A stretch of DNA of 64,000 nt. Origin: Eledone cirrhosa (lineage: Eukaryota). Of this stretch, positions 13,801 to 26,427 are shown one piece after another. Location of the stretch: positions 40,982,001 through 41,046,000 of the forward strand of contig OZ024746.1 of the NCBI GenBank assembly GCA_964016885.1. The letters run 5' to 3'. Within the stretch, counting starts at the first letter, position 1, and the number at the start of each line of letters is the position of its first letter. The translations under genes and the position numbers were made by a program. The notes beneath the pieces were generated by a model. It had not been told where the DNA came from. It searched no databases and saw only the letters and a program-made list of their open reading frames with translations.

Positions 13801-14748
13801 CAGGTTATACGATGCCTGCATACGAACAGCAATGCTGCATGGCAGTGAGACCTGGGCATTGTGTGCAGAGGATATACGCAGACTAGAGAGGAACGAAGCT
13901 TGCATGCTCCGCTGGATGTGCAATAGTAATATACGTGAACAGCAAAGCATAAACAAACTAAGGAAAAAATTAGAAATAAGAGGGATCAGATGTTGTTTAC
14001 TCGAGAGAAGGCTACGTTGGTACGGTCACGTGATGTGCATGAAAGACGACAGCTGTATAACAAAGTGCAGGGCAATAAAGATAGACGGTAGCCACGGAGT
14101 AGGCAGACCCAGAAAAACATGGGACGAGCTGATAAATTCCGACCTCACACGCTTACACCTCTCCAAGACAATGTCACTGGACCGAGACCTTTGGCGGTAC
14201 TCAGTAATAGAGAAGACCCGCCTTACCTAAATACAAAGTAAAAACCTACTACAGTCAGTAGGCATCTCTATCAAAACACACCCCCGTCCCACCACCTCCA
14301 CCCCATCCACACCACCCCTTTCAATGTAAAGTTATGTTGGTACCACAACATCCAGGCCGAAACAAATGAGATCGTGTAGGTGTCACGACAAAAAAAAAAA
14401 ACACACAGTCCACGCTGTAAATGTGGCCGTGTAGGCAACACGGTAAAAACCTCCCAGCCCCACACTGTAAATGTGGTTGGTGTTAGGAAGGGCATCCAGC
14501 TGTAGAAAACCCGCCAGACAGTCCACGCTGTAATGTGGCCGTGTAGGCAACACGGTAAAAACCTCCCAGCCCCACACTGTAAATGTGGTTGGTGTTAGGA
14601 AGGGCATCCAACTGTAGAAAACCCGCCAGACAGTCCTATGCGAGCAAGACAACCACTCTTGCCTCAAGTGGGAAAACCCCCGTCCAAACCCATGCAAGCG
14701 TGGAACACGGACGCTAAACCTGATGATGATGATGATGATGATGATGAT
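10865..14748 (+). mobile_element. Apparently full-length RTE-clade non-LTR retrotransposon
   Basis: Single uninterrupted 1061-aa ORF, 3' UTR with ~113-bp tandem duplication (14405-14635) and (GAT)n tail ending ~14748; interrupts a host repeat (..AAAGACATTC | CAGCTATAAC..). Confidence 0.93.
11045..14230 (+). CDS. RTE ORF: APE endonuclease + reverse transcriptase with inserted PHD-type zinc finger
   Basis: APE motifs GTMNVG, IQETR, SAYAP, GDLNGH, VDYIL; RT motifs DLEKAFD, QGSVLSP, YADD; C4HC3 finger CSVC..CPKC..HKRC..CGRC; C-terminal LRWYGHV..GRP. Confidence 0.93.
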   Translation: MQKITTNSPHAAGRKGKALPSLLRPRMANLTPTPSTTPLPAPHPPNAIQNFRVGTMNVGTLKGRSNEVVEMLERKEVDVCCIQETRWRGGSARFIVGKKRCYKLFWVGNDNGLGGVGIMLAEKWADKIIDVNRVNDRIIKIRLVLNKTTVTVISAYAPQSGLPGAIKDRFYETLMLATSQITDSDYIVIAGDLNGHVGQHCDGYDGIHGGYGFGTRNEEGSRILEFCDANNLTICNTNFKKRDNHLITYRSGEHTSQVDYILTRRRDRVSVVNTKSLPHEEFTSQHRLMISDLIVRTRRTRQRKRTILRRKIWKLKDPIARNKFQSILLDAFDSKEEQLESYNIEEQWEFLRANLLTAADEVCGWSRPVGRRRVTWWWNSKVEGSIKAKKQAWKVWRDGGSREDYQVARREARRQVYLARREAEERKFKHVLQREDQKREVFRIARQCVKENRDIVGEKCVLNDDGILAITDADKKVAWKCHYERLLNEENKWEKDSLPHIDPIEGPAVLVQGSTISKAIKDMKTGKAAGPSEIVAGMLKAAGSVGHTMVTRIVNQVVQNGVVLKDWRSSIIVNCYKGKGDAQDRSNYRGIKLIDQVMKVTEKVIAQLIRERIDLDEMQFGFVSGKSTTDALFIVRQLQEKYLAKSKPLYLAFVDLEKAFDRVPRSIIWWSLRKLGVDEWLVRAIQAMYKETVSKVRINNEYSEEFSVKVGVHQGSVLSPLLFIIALQAITEEFKTGCPWELLYADDLTLIAESMTELEKKFQTWKHGLESKGLKINLAKTKVLVCRKENKAAVPSGKWPCSVCRKGVGRNSILCPKCKVWVHKRCSGITGKLTKNIDFTCGRCSGAISSSKCPQNTSSFNCAEGSIEIVDSFHYLGDKISSGRGCSESTVARVRTGWKKFRELIPLLAARGFSLKMKGRLYDACIRTAMLHGSETWALCAEDIRRLERNEACMLRWMCNSNIREQQSINKLRKKLEIRGIRCCLLERRLRWYGHVMCMKDDSCITKCRAIKIDGSHGVGRPRKTWDELINSDLTRLHLSKTMSLDRDLWRYSVIEKTRLT

Positions 14749-15061
14749 TCCAGCTATAACTATCCTGTTGTTTTCAGAGTATGTCTCATATTATAATACC
14801 TAATGTGTCTTTTTCTTATTTAAATCTGTAGAGTGCAATTTAAGAGAGATTTGACTGCTATTTCTAGTAGATAAACCAACTGCATAGAGGCTGCCTCTTG
14901 GTATTCATGGTTGGTGATGAAGTTTAAGCACTACACAAAGAAGGACTAGGTATAGTGGTTAGTGTGAAGCCTGGGGTAGACACAGATGAGAGACAAGAGG
15001 AGGAAAGATGACTTGGAGTGAGGGGAACCAAATTAGCTAGTTCTAAGAAACAGAGGCAACT

Positions 15062-15116
15062 GTAGTAGTAGTAGTAGTAGTAATAGTAGTAGTAGTAGTA
15101 GTAGTAGTAGTAATAG
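15062..15116. repeat. (TAG)n microsatellite
   Basis: Direct reading. Confidence 0.95.
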
Positions 15117-15954
15117 AAATGACAGAGAGAATAGACTGTACATCTATGGGCAAAAGTTTGGAGAGTATTTTTTAACAACTTCATATCAACCAGTCGGTTG
15201 GCTTTTCTTTGAATGTGATCTAAGATATATATGTATGTAGCAGCAATACTGTTTTAGACATGGCAGCATTACTGCATTGTGGGTTTCACTTAAGTCTTGT
15301 GAGTGTTAGTAGTTATCGGGGGCTGAAATATTTTCTGAGTTTAGCACCCAGTCCACTCTGTAAGGTGGTTGGTGTTAAGAAGGGAATCCAGTTGTAGAAA
15401 ACCAAGCCAAAAGATGAGCATATGAACAAGACGTAGTCACCTGACCTGTCTGGCCTCATAATGTGACAGCCATCTAACCCATGCAAGTATGGAGAATAGA
15501 CATTAAACAGTGATGATGATGGGTGCAAAAGTATTTTCAATATGAAGTTTGGTATGCTACTTTAATCAAATTTAGTTTTTAGAAATTGTGTTGCCACTTA
15601 ATATTCATGGAGTATACATTTCAAATTCATACAAATTACTTTTACTTCCGTTGGCATTTTATCAATTTTGTACACTGAACTTCATATTAGTCTCTATAAA
15701 CATATTAAGTAATACAATATTGCCTAAAATACCCAACACTTACTATGTTTTATTTACTAAGTTATGGATAAGAATGAAAACTAGCAATCTAAATAAATAT
15801 TAGATAAAATGCAAGTGGTAGAATAAACTAAACTTGAAGATATTATTGGGATGTGCCAGCAAAAGTTAATTTCTAAACTAAATACAAGATCACATTGATT
15901 AGGGGAGGGAGTACAGCTAGAGCTAACACTAGGAAGGTTATTCAGTACTCTAGG

Positions 15955-16270
15955 CCAACCATACAATATATATTCTCTTCCAGCAACCATACAATATACA
16001 TCATCATCTACCAGCTATACAATATATACCTTCTACCAGCTATACAAAATATATCAGGCATAGGCAACACTTTTTGAGCAGTGGGCTGCATAGGATGTGG
16101 CTCATCATAAGGCAGGCAACACTACTAAAATATTCAAGGCAGTTTTGAAATTAGGCATGCCATTCAGAAAGCCAAATGGGCCGCATTCTGCCCGTGACTG
16201 ATATACATCATCTACCAGCTGTACAATATACACTCTCTTCTACCAACTATACAATATATACCCTCTTTTA
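15955..16270. repeat. Degenerate short tandem repeat (CTACCAGCTATACAATATATA-like) split by an unrelated insert
   Basis: Recurrent motif at ~15960-16050 and ~16200-16270. Confidence 0.55.
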
Positions 16271-18162
16271 CCAGTCTTACTATGTAAATCCCTTCTTCAG
16301 TAATTTTTCTACAACTTCCTCAAACTATTACCCTGTCTTTACACAAGTTAAAAGAAAATATTGTGAACAAGATTTCTATAGTTTTATGATCATGTATATT
16401 ATTAATAAATTAATAAGTTAAACGATGATGATGATGATGAAATTAATTATCTGGAAAAATTTGAAAAGCTTCATGTCAAACCATGCGACACTTTGTCTCC
16501 TTTTCCCCATCCTATTCCTGTCTTTTATCCTCCTCTGTTGCAAGAGTGACCTAACCTGCACTCTATTACCAGGTTTTTTGTACTTTTAGTAGTTGGATTG
16601 TTCAGAATTTGCGAGGCATCCCCAAATTTTAAGCAATCGCCTAATTTGCATAGAGTATAGTGTTGATACTGAATACAGTAAACTAGTTCAACTGTAGTAC
16701 ATAAGAGCTATTTATTCTAACAACCTCATAATTCTATTGAAATATTACTGTCCGATTCACTTCAGTGATATTGTTAGGTTGCTTTTGATTAACCCCCAGG
16801 TTGGCTCTGACCGAATACACCTATGATCAATGGCATTCCAACCATGACCATCTCCAGGACTACATTATCCAACCCTTTTCAATCGGTAATATGTACTTTA
16901 CCCGAGGTAATGCTGCGAGTGTGCTGGCTTGTCTAAAAAATTATTAGTGAAGTTTCTCAGTGCTCTTCGCGATATGTTATCTTTTGCTCTGGTAGGGGTT
17001 CGTTTGTCCACCCCTTTTGCCTGCCTTTTGTTGTATGTGGTCATAGATGTGTGTTTTTCTTTCTTTTCCTTTCCTTTGTATATATTATATCTGTTTGTGC
17101 TTTCGTTCTGTAAGCATTATTTTTTTTTTATACAACAGGTAAATCTCACTGCTATTTCAAGCAGATCAGTCGAACTGGTTAAGGCTCTTGATTAGACTGC
17201 TATTTCTAGCTGTCTAATCTCCCACGACATAATGGCTTTGTTGGCTCAGTAACCAGTACTAGGTAAAACTGTTACACATGTTACAGATCGATCTTCTCTT
17301 CACCCATTAACAAGGGTGTTCGTGTCGCTAGAAATAGCACCCTAATAACTCTCAAAATAGACCCTGCTATAGTATTTTCCCATCAAATTACACCCAGCCA
17401 CTTAAAAAATAATCCATTGGCTAGCCCTATCGAAGGTACACCATGCCTAAAATGGCCATGGTTGGAATGCCGTTGATCATAGAATTACCCTACCAAGGGA
17501 CGACATAGATAGGACACGAGCCAATGAAGAAGCCTCTACATGGTGGTCTAGCCTGCTAGAAATAGTAGCAAAATCTCTTCAAACCTACACTATCATTTAA
17601 AAAATGACATATTGGATAATGTAGTCTTGGATAAACAGTGCCTGCTAGAATGATTTTGGTCATGCCTGCTCAATGGGTGCTAAATAACATCAAAACAAAA
17701 ACAAAGCAACCACAGTTTGTTTATATCGAAAAGCATTTTCTTTTTCTTTTTTTTCTGTATAAAACCGGTTTTAATGTGTACGTGTTTATTTGTATGTTCA
17801 ATTTTTAAATTATATAGATAATAAGTTAAAGAAATTTTAAGTTTAAAAAAACCCTGCAAAACTAGAAAATTATTGAAATACAAATTAAAGATAAATGCAG
17901 CTGTGGAGAAAGGAAAAGAAACTAAAATTAGGAAACGACTATTTGGCTTGTTATAGATGAAATATGAATATGTAAAAGTTTAAAAGACAATTCAAATCTT
18001 GCGTTTCCTCGAATCAAAATAATTATAAATAAACCGTATTATCAAGGAATAACCAAATTAACGAAGGCAAAACCACCAGAATTAAAAGGGATAAATAACA
18101 TTATTTGATTCAAATTGAAGACGCATTTAGAACAGATTAAACTAAAGAAAACACAAGAGTAC

Positions 18163-18252
18163 CTGATTAGTGTATAATCTTCGCTTGTAGTAGGCCCCAT
18201 TCTGTAAAAAGCTCCTAATTAATAACTTTTGCAAAGGTTTCAGTCGAATCAT
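18163..18252 (-). CDS. THNSL1: Putative THNSL1 first coding exon (mitochondrial targeting peptide-like)
   Basis: ATG at 18252-18250; MIRLKPLQKLLIRSFLQNGAYYKRRLYTNQ is basic with no acidic residues; CAG|GT donor at 18162-18161; 90 nt phase 0 joins in frame to the 3338 exon. Confidence 0.65.
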
Positions 18253-18299
18253 AGTTTGTGATAAGTTAGGTCACTTGCACTACAGCATCTGATAATTTC

Positions 18300-18900
18300 A
18301 GCTAATGTTTGAGGCGTCCACCACTTGTATCACACAGTCTGTTAGTTGACAAGCAGGCACATGGCTTTCATGCACTGAGCTGGAACGAATAAAAGCAACC
18401 CATCCCCGCACAATACACAGAGGAAGAAACACAGAGGAGAGGCAGAGAAAGAGGATGAGAGAAACAAAATTTAAAAGCGGAATTACCATATCACTATATA
18501 AATATTTACTCGTTGTAACCCAACATTTTAAATATAACTTTCCATATATATATATATAAAGCACAAATTAACAAGAAAGTTTCTTTGCTATAATACAAGT
18601 TATTAAATAGTAGTTGCGACAACAACCACCGCAAAGAAATACAACGCTACGACGTCAGGAGTTGTATGCAAAGAGTTGACTGGAGAGTCACGCGTTCGTA
18701 TCCAAGGGCCTCTAAGAGCAATTTTTATTAAAGAGTATAAAGTTTCTTCCACGTCGTCTCCCCTTCGTATGAAAACTAGTCTTCAATATATGCTAACGTT
18801 TTCTGAGATACGATGAAATATCCAGAACGGATTGCCATGTACACGTCGTAACTTTTTCAAAAGGCCTCTTCGTATCTCATAAGTAATGTTGTCATCTAAT
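18300..18900 (-). promoter_or_regulatory. Candidate THNSL1 promoter/5' UTR region
   Basis: Immediately upstream of the candidate ATG, locally CpG-enriched, with a CRE-like GACGTCA at 18651; position-based inference only. Confidence 0.3.
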
Positions 18901-19339
18901 CATATTAGAACCTCAAGCCCACTCATCACAGAAATGATCTTCTCCCCACCGTTCTCTCGCTCTCTCACACACACACATATACCCACACACTCACATACAC
19001 AATCTGCACCCATCTCACTCACACAACACCTGACGTGCCAACCTCTAAAAACCCAAACGGGGAGTACCATGAACAAAAGTGCCCCAAAACGCTATATCCA
19101 TCTCTCACCCACCCCAAAGTGGGTGGGAGATCTCCCCGTCCGACGGGGAGAGTTGATAGGTCTTCAACACACACATTCTTCCCCTCCCTCCGTCTCTGTC
19201 ACATACACACTGCACCCCCTCTCTCCTTAATTGATCAGATGTAGTAACTAGGGAGTGTAACTGGAGAATTGGACAGGAATGTGCTCACTAGAGGCTCCTG
19301 TATTCCTCCAATAAGTCATCAAAGATGAGAAGAAATTAC

Positions 19340-19675
19340 AATGGATCTCCGCCGGCTTCAACGATCAACAGAACAGCCTGCTCATGAAATCAATATGTAA
19401 GTGGCTGAGCATTCCATAGACACATGTACCTTTAACATAATTCTTAAAGAGTTTCAGTGTGACACAGCGTATGACAAGGCTAGCCCTTCAAATTACAGGT
19501 AAGTCCATGGGAAAGGCTTATGAACAGTTTATTTCTACACAATTTCATTCACAAGGCATAAGTCAACCCAAAGCTACAGTAAATAACACTTTCTCAAGAT
19601 GTCATACAGTGTGGTTGAACCCGAGACCTAATGAGTGGGAAGCAAACTCCTTAACCAATCAGTCGTGCTGTGTCC
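19340..19675 (-). mobile_element. Second SINE-like family (homologous pieces at ~4720-4920 and ~10200-10490)
   Basis: Shared block AACAGC(C/T)TGCTCATGAAAT..AAGTGG..CACATGTAC..; B-box-like GGGTTCAACC on the minus strand near 19615-19625. Confidence 0.5.
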
Positions 19676-21464
19676 ACTCCACAAAATTATGTATTTCTTG
19701 AAGGTAGCATTATTCTTTTACTGGTTTCAATCATTAGATTGTAGTTTTGCTAGGGCACTGCTTTGAAGGGATTCAGTTGACAATATTGGCCCCAGGACTT
19801 TTTTCCCATGTCTGGTACTTATTTTATTGATCTCTTATTGTCAAACAACTAAGTTACAGTTTACAAAGAAATAATGTAAACAGTGACCCCACCCCTCACC
19901 TACCTACATATGTAGCGAATGCAATCAGCCTGATTTGAACTTGTATTCCCAGGCTGGCTAAGTATGTCAGTGCGACCACATATGCCTTATGGCCACATAG
20001 ATATTCAGTTCCTTTGTTTGGGATTAGTTGCTATGTTATCTAAGATGTATGACCAACAAGAGGTCATCTGCAAATTGTCAGGAGATAACTAGCTTTAAAA
20101 AAAAATCAGTTTGCCTTCAATTGCAGGGGTAGGCAGTCGATTAGTTTATTCCTTGGACGAGAACAATGTAGTCAACAGAGCCTCACACTTCAGCCCTTTC
20201 AACTAATGGCAGCTATACTCCCATTTGAGTTTAACAAAGGTTAGTCTCATGCATCTTTTCAGCATGCGCACACACTCATACACATCACACAATTCAACTG
20301 TGAATATCTTTATTTTTCCTATATTGTCACAATAATATCCAAGCAAGTTATTAAGTAATAAATATTTAAAGTAGTGTATTTTGTTTATCGTTTATTCACT
20401 ACAGCATTTCACACAAAACTTTATATGGGACTGATCAACATTATACATTCACCCATCAAGCCAAGCTTTATTACTGCAAAAATTCCTGCCATGCCACAAT
20501 GAACCATGGACCAATTACAACCATCAACACAACTAACCTCTAAATCCTTATACCCATTACATACATGCATGATGAGCTTCTACAATTTCTGTCTACCAAA
20601 TTTCACTCAAAGGGCATTAGTCAACCCAAGAAGATACTTGTCCAAGGTACTACACAGTTTAATGCTTATATTTATAATTCTATAAAAGACCCATTTTTAA
20701 TGCATTGACAATCCCTATACATTCTCAATTCTGCTCCAATGAAAAAATGATATCGATGGTGGTGGAGACTTCCAGTGCTCTTAGCCCCCAATCCACTTCC
20801 TTACTCACGACTATTGGGGTGAAGTTGGCTACCCGTAGGAGTGAGCCTCATGTTTTTGGATGGCTATTTCAACACATCTCTCTTGCTATCCTCCAGGTAA
20901 AAACTTTCTCTATTCTGTCCACTGGGATGATGAGGTGGTAGTGTTGGTGACATAATGTTAAATAGTGCTGACAAAATTTCTCACTCAACTTGTACTTAGT
21001 CACTTAGCATGAAACAAGGATAAACTCTGGTCTGATGAGTAAGAAGTACTTTTTTGAAGCTGCATTCTATCTATCTTTATATGTATTGATCCCTCTTAAT
21101 CTTGCCAACTCAGTAGAATATACATCACTGATGAGTTCTAATAAAACAGAAACATGTCTTATTATTACCAGTTCAAATCCTGCTGAGGTTAACTGTTCAA
21201 ATCCAACCGAGGTTAACTTTGCCTTTCATCCTTACGGGGTCGATAACATAAAGTACCAGTAATGCACTAGGTAATTGCTGGCCTTGTGCCAAAAGTAGAA
21301 ACAATTATTATTACCAGTTGGTTTTAAAGACCAGAAATACTCCAATACGTATTGGGTATATTGTCCAAAATTTTCAGTTAACAGTGATGTTGGAGTTATC
21401 TTCCTTGCCTCTTTTTTTTTTTTTTTTTTAGTTTTACTACCCTTAGAGAGTTTTTGATTGTGAA

Positions 21465-21757
21465 CAATAAAGAATGGATGAACTGAGAGAAAAACTGGAA
21501 ATAAGGGGAATCAGATGTAATGTGCAAGAGAGAAGATTGTGTTGTGTAGACATGTGGTGTGTATGGATGATGAATATTGATTAAAGGGCCAAGAAATCCC
21601 AGTGGAAGGTAGCTGCAGTAGAGGAAAACCTGGACAGTGGTGGTGAGAGCTGATCTCAAATTGACAAAACTCACAGCGGAGATGATGAAGGAAGGGATGC
21701 TGTGCTGCAAATGACCCATCCAAACATGGAAAAATGAACATAAAATGATGATGATGA
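21465..21757 (+). mobile_element. Old RTE 3' fragment
   Basis: GAACTGAGAGAAAAACTGGAAATAAGGGGAATCAGATG matches the RTE C-terminal coding region; ends in CATGGAAAAATGAACATAAAATGATGATG tail. Confidence 0.65.
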
Positions 21758-22156
21758 CTTTGTTTCACTTTTCTATATTACACTAAATCAATACATAAAT
21801 AAGTCAGGGTAGCTGAGCAAGCAGAACATCAGATTTTATTATTTATAGCAAAAGTTCTCTGCTATTAATAATAAATTAATGGATGACCATTGTTTGAAAG
21901 TAAATGACAGAAAATACATGATGTTTACTATATCCAAAGTTCATTATTTATTATTGAAAGCAATTTTCCTGGATAGTCCTGTCCCATCATGAAATGAAAG
22001 ATCTTGCTCAAGAACACAATGTGCTACCTAGTCCAGGAATTAAACTTACAACCTTATGATCATGAGGCCAACGCCGTACCCATTAGACCATGCACCATCA
22101 TACCAGTCATGTACTTGGGACAATTTAATCAATGATACCTCTTCTTTAAAATGTAT

Positions 22157-22499
22157 TTGTTTCTACTTTAGGCACAAGGCCAGCAAATACCCAGTGCATT
22201 ACTGGTACTTTATTTTATCGACCCCGTAAGGATGAAAGGCAAAGTCAACCTCGGCGGGATTTGAAAGCATGGCGTCCGACCCTCTACCAATACTGCCTCT
22301 GTTAGGAATCATTATTTCTGGTTGGATTGGCAGTATAGGTAGAGAGTCGGGCGCCATGCTTTCCAGCATAGTTACGTCCCTTTAGGATCTGAGTTCAAAT
22401 CCCGCCGAGGTTAACTTTGCTTTCATCCTTACGGGGTCGATAAAATAAAGTACCAGTAATGTACTGGGTATAGCTGGCCTTGTGCCAAATGTAGAAACA
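22157..22499. mobile_element. Head-to-head SINE pair (minus copy 22157-22297 with internal deletion; plus copy 22321-22499 flanked by ATTATTTCTG duplication)
   Basis: Both copies show A/B boxes or core; 10-bp direct repeat at 22311-22320 and 22500-22509. Confidence 0.85.
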
Positions 22500-22679
22500 A
22501 TTATTTCTGACAAGAAAAAAGTTTTAGTATTTAGTGTTAGTAACTTCACGATGATCGGCCCTCTCCAGTTCAAACACCAGCAAGTCAACAGCTGAAAAAA
22601 AAATCCATCCCTGTGAGTAAACGTGAGGTGTGGCGGTTTGAATGTTTGTATTAGTATCACGTTACAAAATCTTGTTAAT

Positions 22680-22887
22680 AATTGTTTCTACTTTAGACAC
22701 AAGGCCATCAATTTGAAGGGGAGGGGAAAGTCGATTAAATTGACCCCAGTGCAGTACTGATGCTTTATTTATCGGCCCCATAAAGATGAAAGGCAAAGCT
22801 AACCTTGGTGGGATTTGAACCCAGAACGTAAAGGGCCGTAACTATGTCGCGAAGCATAGTGTCCGACGCTCTACCAATACTGCCAAT
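22680..22887 (-). mobile_element. tRNA-derived SINE (longer subfamily with GGGGAGGGGAAAGTCGATT segment)
   Basis: Same core as other copies; subfamily relatives at ~60-250, ~37535-37710 and ~47400-47605. Confidence 0.8.
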
Positions 22888-23246
22888 AATAATATCATAA
22901 TTTTTAAAGCTAACCATTAATATATTTTGACAATACATAAGATCAATCTATTTAGAAATAGATATAGTTAAATGAATGAGCTAGTCTATTTAATCTAAAC
23001 ACAGCATGACCAAATGATTAAGAAGTTTGCTTCGAAATTGTGATGTTCTGGGTTTGAGTTGATTGCTTGACATCTCGGATAGGTGTCATTTTACACGGCC
23101 TTGACACCCCGGGTTTGCTTTCACTGAGCTCTTCTCTCCCTATATATAAATAATCTATTTTTAATGGCTTGCTATTATTAAATATCTTTGCTATGAATAT
23201 GGTCACAGATAAATCCATGGCAATGTATGGCACAAAATAGTGCTAA

Positions 23247-23564
23247 TCTATATATCTAAAACAGAGAATATCTGTCTGACTCCCTAAAACCCGAGAACCT
23301 CCCAACCGATTATTTTCAAATTTTACACATGTAATACTTATGGTCCTGTGAGTATTTTGAGCAAAAGATATTTCAAATTTTCAATGCCTTTGGGACCGCA
23401 TCAGGCGATTTAGCGATCTCTCTCTGTCTTTCTTAGTCTGTCTTTTTAGATAGATACATAGATATAACGTCGCACCCTTATAATATCTGTCTGTATGTCT
23501 GACTGGGTGTCTGTCTGCATTACGACATTATGACACTATCTGTGTGTGTATATATGTATATATG

Positions 23565-23612
<48 letters not shown>

Positions 23613-23920
23613 TGTTATTTTAATATATATATATATATATTCGTGTACAGATATTTTTGCATACACAATAACAAAATATAAACAAATGTATTTATTTCAC
23701 GAGGCTCGACAGCAGCAAAAACAACAACAAAGAAGAGAGGGAACGCAATTACACGCAAATCTTAATGGAAAATTATTTGCTTATTCACCCAAGACGACTT
23801 CACTTTTTATTAGGACTTCTGCATCAATTGGTGAACATACAACGAAACTGTTTCAGAAAGGGGGGATAAACATGCCAATCTATGTTTAGAATCCCGAGCA
23901 ACGCCGAGCCATTCTGCTAG
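23247..23920 (+). mobile_element. Non-autonomous Helitron
   Basis: A|TCTATATATCTAAAA 5' end; subterminal hairpin-like CCCGAGCAACGCCGAG followed by CTAG|T 3' end; no TSD; internal (TA)n/(TG)n tracts. Confidence 0.7.
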
Positions 23921-24708
23921 TACATATCTAAAGTTTTTCTCTCATTATGCCTATTGTATTTAACTCCACCAAATCCCCTACTAAATATTTTCTCTAATAA
24001 TTCACAATCCAGGGTTGAAATCATGATATCCCCCCTTGTGTTTATTTTATTCCTGGCGACATAAATCTAAAGATCAAGTCGAACGTCAACCGAATTAATT
24101 TCATGAGTCTGGCAAGATCTCTACCCAACCCGCTAGAAACAACAGCCAAATCTATTGTCTTTAAAAAAGGGAAATATATATTAGACCGAAGGCTAAACAA
24201 TATCTACATTTATTTTATTTATCACCTTTTGTGAAAAATAGTATTGTTTGTTACAAGTTTCCAAAGGGCAAATTACGACGGCGCGAGTCACAATGAGTTG
24301 AGCGAAACAAATATCACAAGGCATCTTTGTTTTGACATTTTTCATCGAATAAACAGGCGGATAGATATACTACGAGCTTCCTTCCACATACTAAATTCTA
24401 TCCACAGTAAATTGGTTAACCGGAGGTTATGGTAAGAGATATTTGCTCAAAGTTCCGCACATTACGATCGAACCCAGAATTCCGTAGTTGCGAAACAAAC
24501 GTCTTAACCACGCAATCATGTCAGCCATTTCCTCTCCTTCCTCCACGTAATTAGCCGCATGCAGCATGTACTGGAAGCTATAGCAACTGTCATGGTTAGA
24601 ATAGCTTGTTTTCAAATTGTTTTGTCTTGTCATCTTTTATAATTTCATTCACATCTCAGATGAATTATAATAGGAATAAATCGACCTCGTATTGCTACTA
24701 AGGAAGTT

Positions 24709-25035
24709 TATTCATAATTCTTACAGAATGAAAATAATATATGCAACATTCAGTTACATAAATATTTCACATAAAAATATAAAATCAAAACGAAAGAAAA
24801 TATTAATTTAACACTGAGTAATGTGTGTCAATTGGTCACACACTACTTGAGGTGCCGTCCAAAGTCCTCACCATTGTAATTGTATAAATAACATTACAAA
24901 TTATTTATAATTCTTACAGAATGAAAATATACAGACAAATAATATATACAATACTTAATTACATATTTCACATAAAACTATAAAATGAAAACGAAAGAAA
25001 ATATTAATTCAACACTAATGTGTGTGACAATCGGT
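24709..25035. repeat. Local imperfect direct duplication (~190-bp period)
   Basis: ATAATTCTTACAGAATGAAAAT..AAAACGAAAGAAAATATTAATT..TGTGT occurs at ~24715-24840 and ~24908-25038. Confidence 0.75.
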
Positions 25036-26427
25036 CACATCATAAAGGGGCGCTGGAGTTTCCCTCATAGTCTTTTAGGCAGGCCAACATACTCGCAACA
25101 TTACCGAGGATGATAGCGAGGCCAAGGTGCTGGGGCAACCAAGCACACGCACGAGTCCCATTTCTTTTGTAAATTGTTACTATTTTAATGATGAGTTATT
25201 TTTTAAAATACGAATATCATAGCATATCAAAATAGACATATAGATGGTATGATGCTTGGGGTCCTAAGAAAAAACGAAACCGACTCTGAAGTACTCGCTA
25301 GCTTGTCCAGCTGGCCCTAACTTAAATGGTCATTTATTACAACCCCATTTACATCTATGATGTTTTAAAGGAATATTAAATCTGGCTTTAGTAATATTTA
25401 TTTAAATCGTGACGAAAGGGAAGGATAGCACAGTGAACCATAATGGGATTAGAAATCAGAACTTAACGGTCTGTAAATAAACATCGCAGGTATTTTGTTT
25501 GACGTTCTTACGATTCTACCTGTCCCGTATTTATCTAGTTCTTTTCTGCTTAATATTTTTCTAATTCCAAATCAAACTTGGCAGTGGAAGGAGTGTGAAG
25601 TTCACTTTCGTTAAATAACAGCGAGTAATATGTCAAAACATGCTGCTTTCATATGAAAAAAGCGCTGCCTACCGTGTAGAAAACACGAGCCTATATACTA
25701 AAGTCAAGTTGAACATAAAAAATGCAATCAGAAATAATTATACAGTGTAGAAACTTTACTCAATAAATTCATTCAATCATTTCGTGAAGTACGGGAGACA
25801 ACTCTGAACTCCCTCGCAAAACAAATTTCACGGTTTTTGACGATGAAAGAATTGTGAAATGAATGCCAAAATATTGTACACATGAAAGCGTGAATAATTA
25901 GCCTGTTTTTTTGCTAAAAAGTGTTTCGAAATATTATAAATTAGTATAAATTTATATATTTAGTATAATCTATACTAAAAATTTACATCGAGCAAATGTT
26001 AATTTTTCTTCACTTCTAATATTATATTTATATTTTTGATATTCACTACATTAAATATGTTAATACGCATTTTTTTAGTTATAAACACATAAACATGACG
26101 ATGATGATAATAGAAGCGCTAAAAATACACACACACATACATATGGGTATACCCGAGGAAAGCACCCCTAATTAGCATTTCGCACACTAAATAGAAACAC
26201 GGTAGGTTTCACATATGAAATATAGAAAGACTTCCGTTAACTGACGCTATCTATGTAATTTCCAAATTACAAAGATCTCAAATATAAAAAACAACAGAGA
26301 AGGGACAAAATTCCAATGAAAACTAATGATAGAAAGTTTGAATAATGTAGACAATGCGGTATTAGAAAGTATCTGGTCTTTAAGTAAACTGGAGAAACAA
26401 CCGATGTTCTCGTTTTATTAGATTTCA

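Noticed and set aside
19131-19151. Perfect 10-bp hairpin TCTCCCCGTC-C-GACGGGGAGA
   Set aside because: Isolated, with no supporting context; cannot be assigned a function
21120-21165. Minimal hammerhead-like motif CTGATGAG..GAAACATGTC (Penelope-type)
   Set aside because: Stem I and stem II pairing could not be formed and no Penelope RT or GIY-YIG remnant was recognised nearby; at best a degenerate relic
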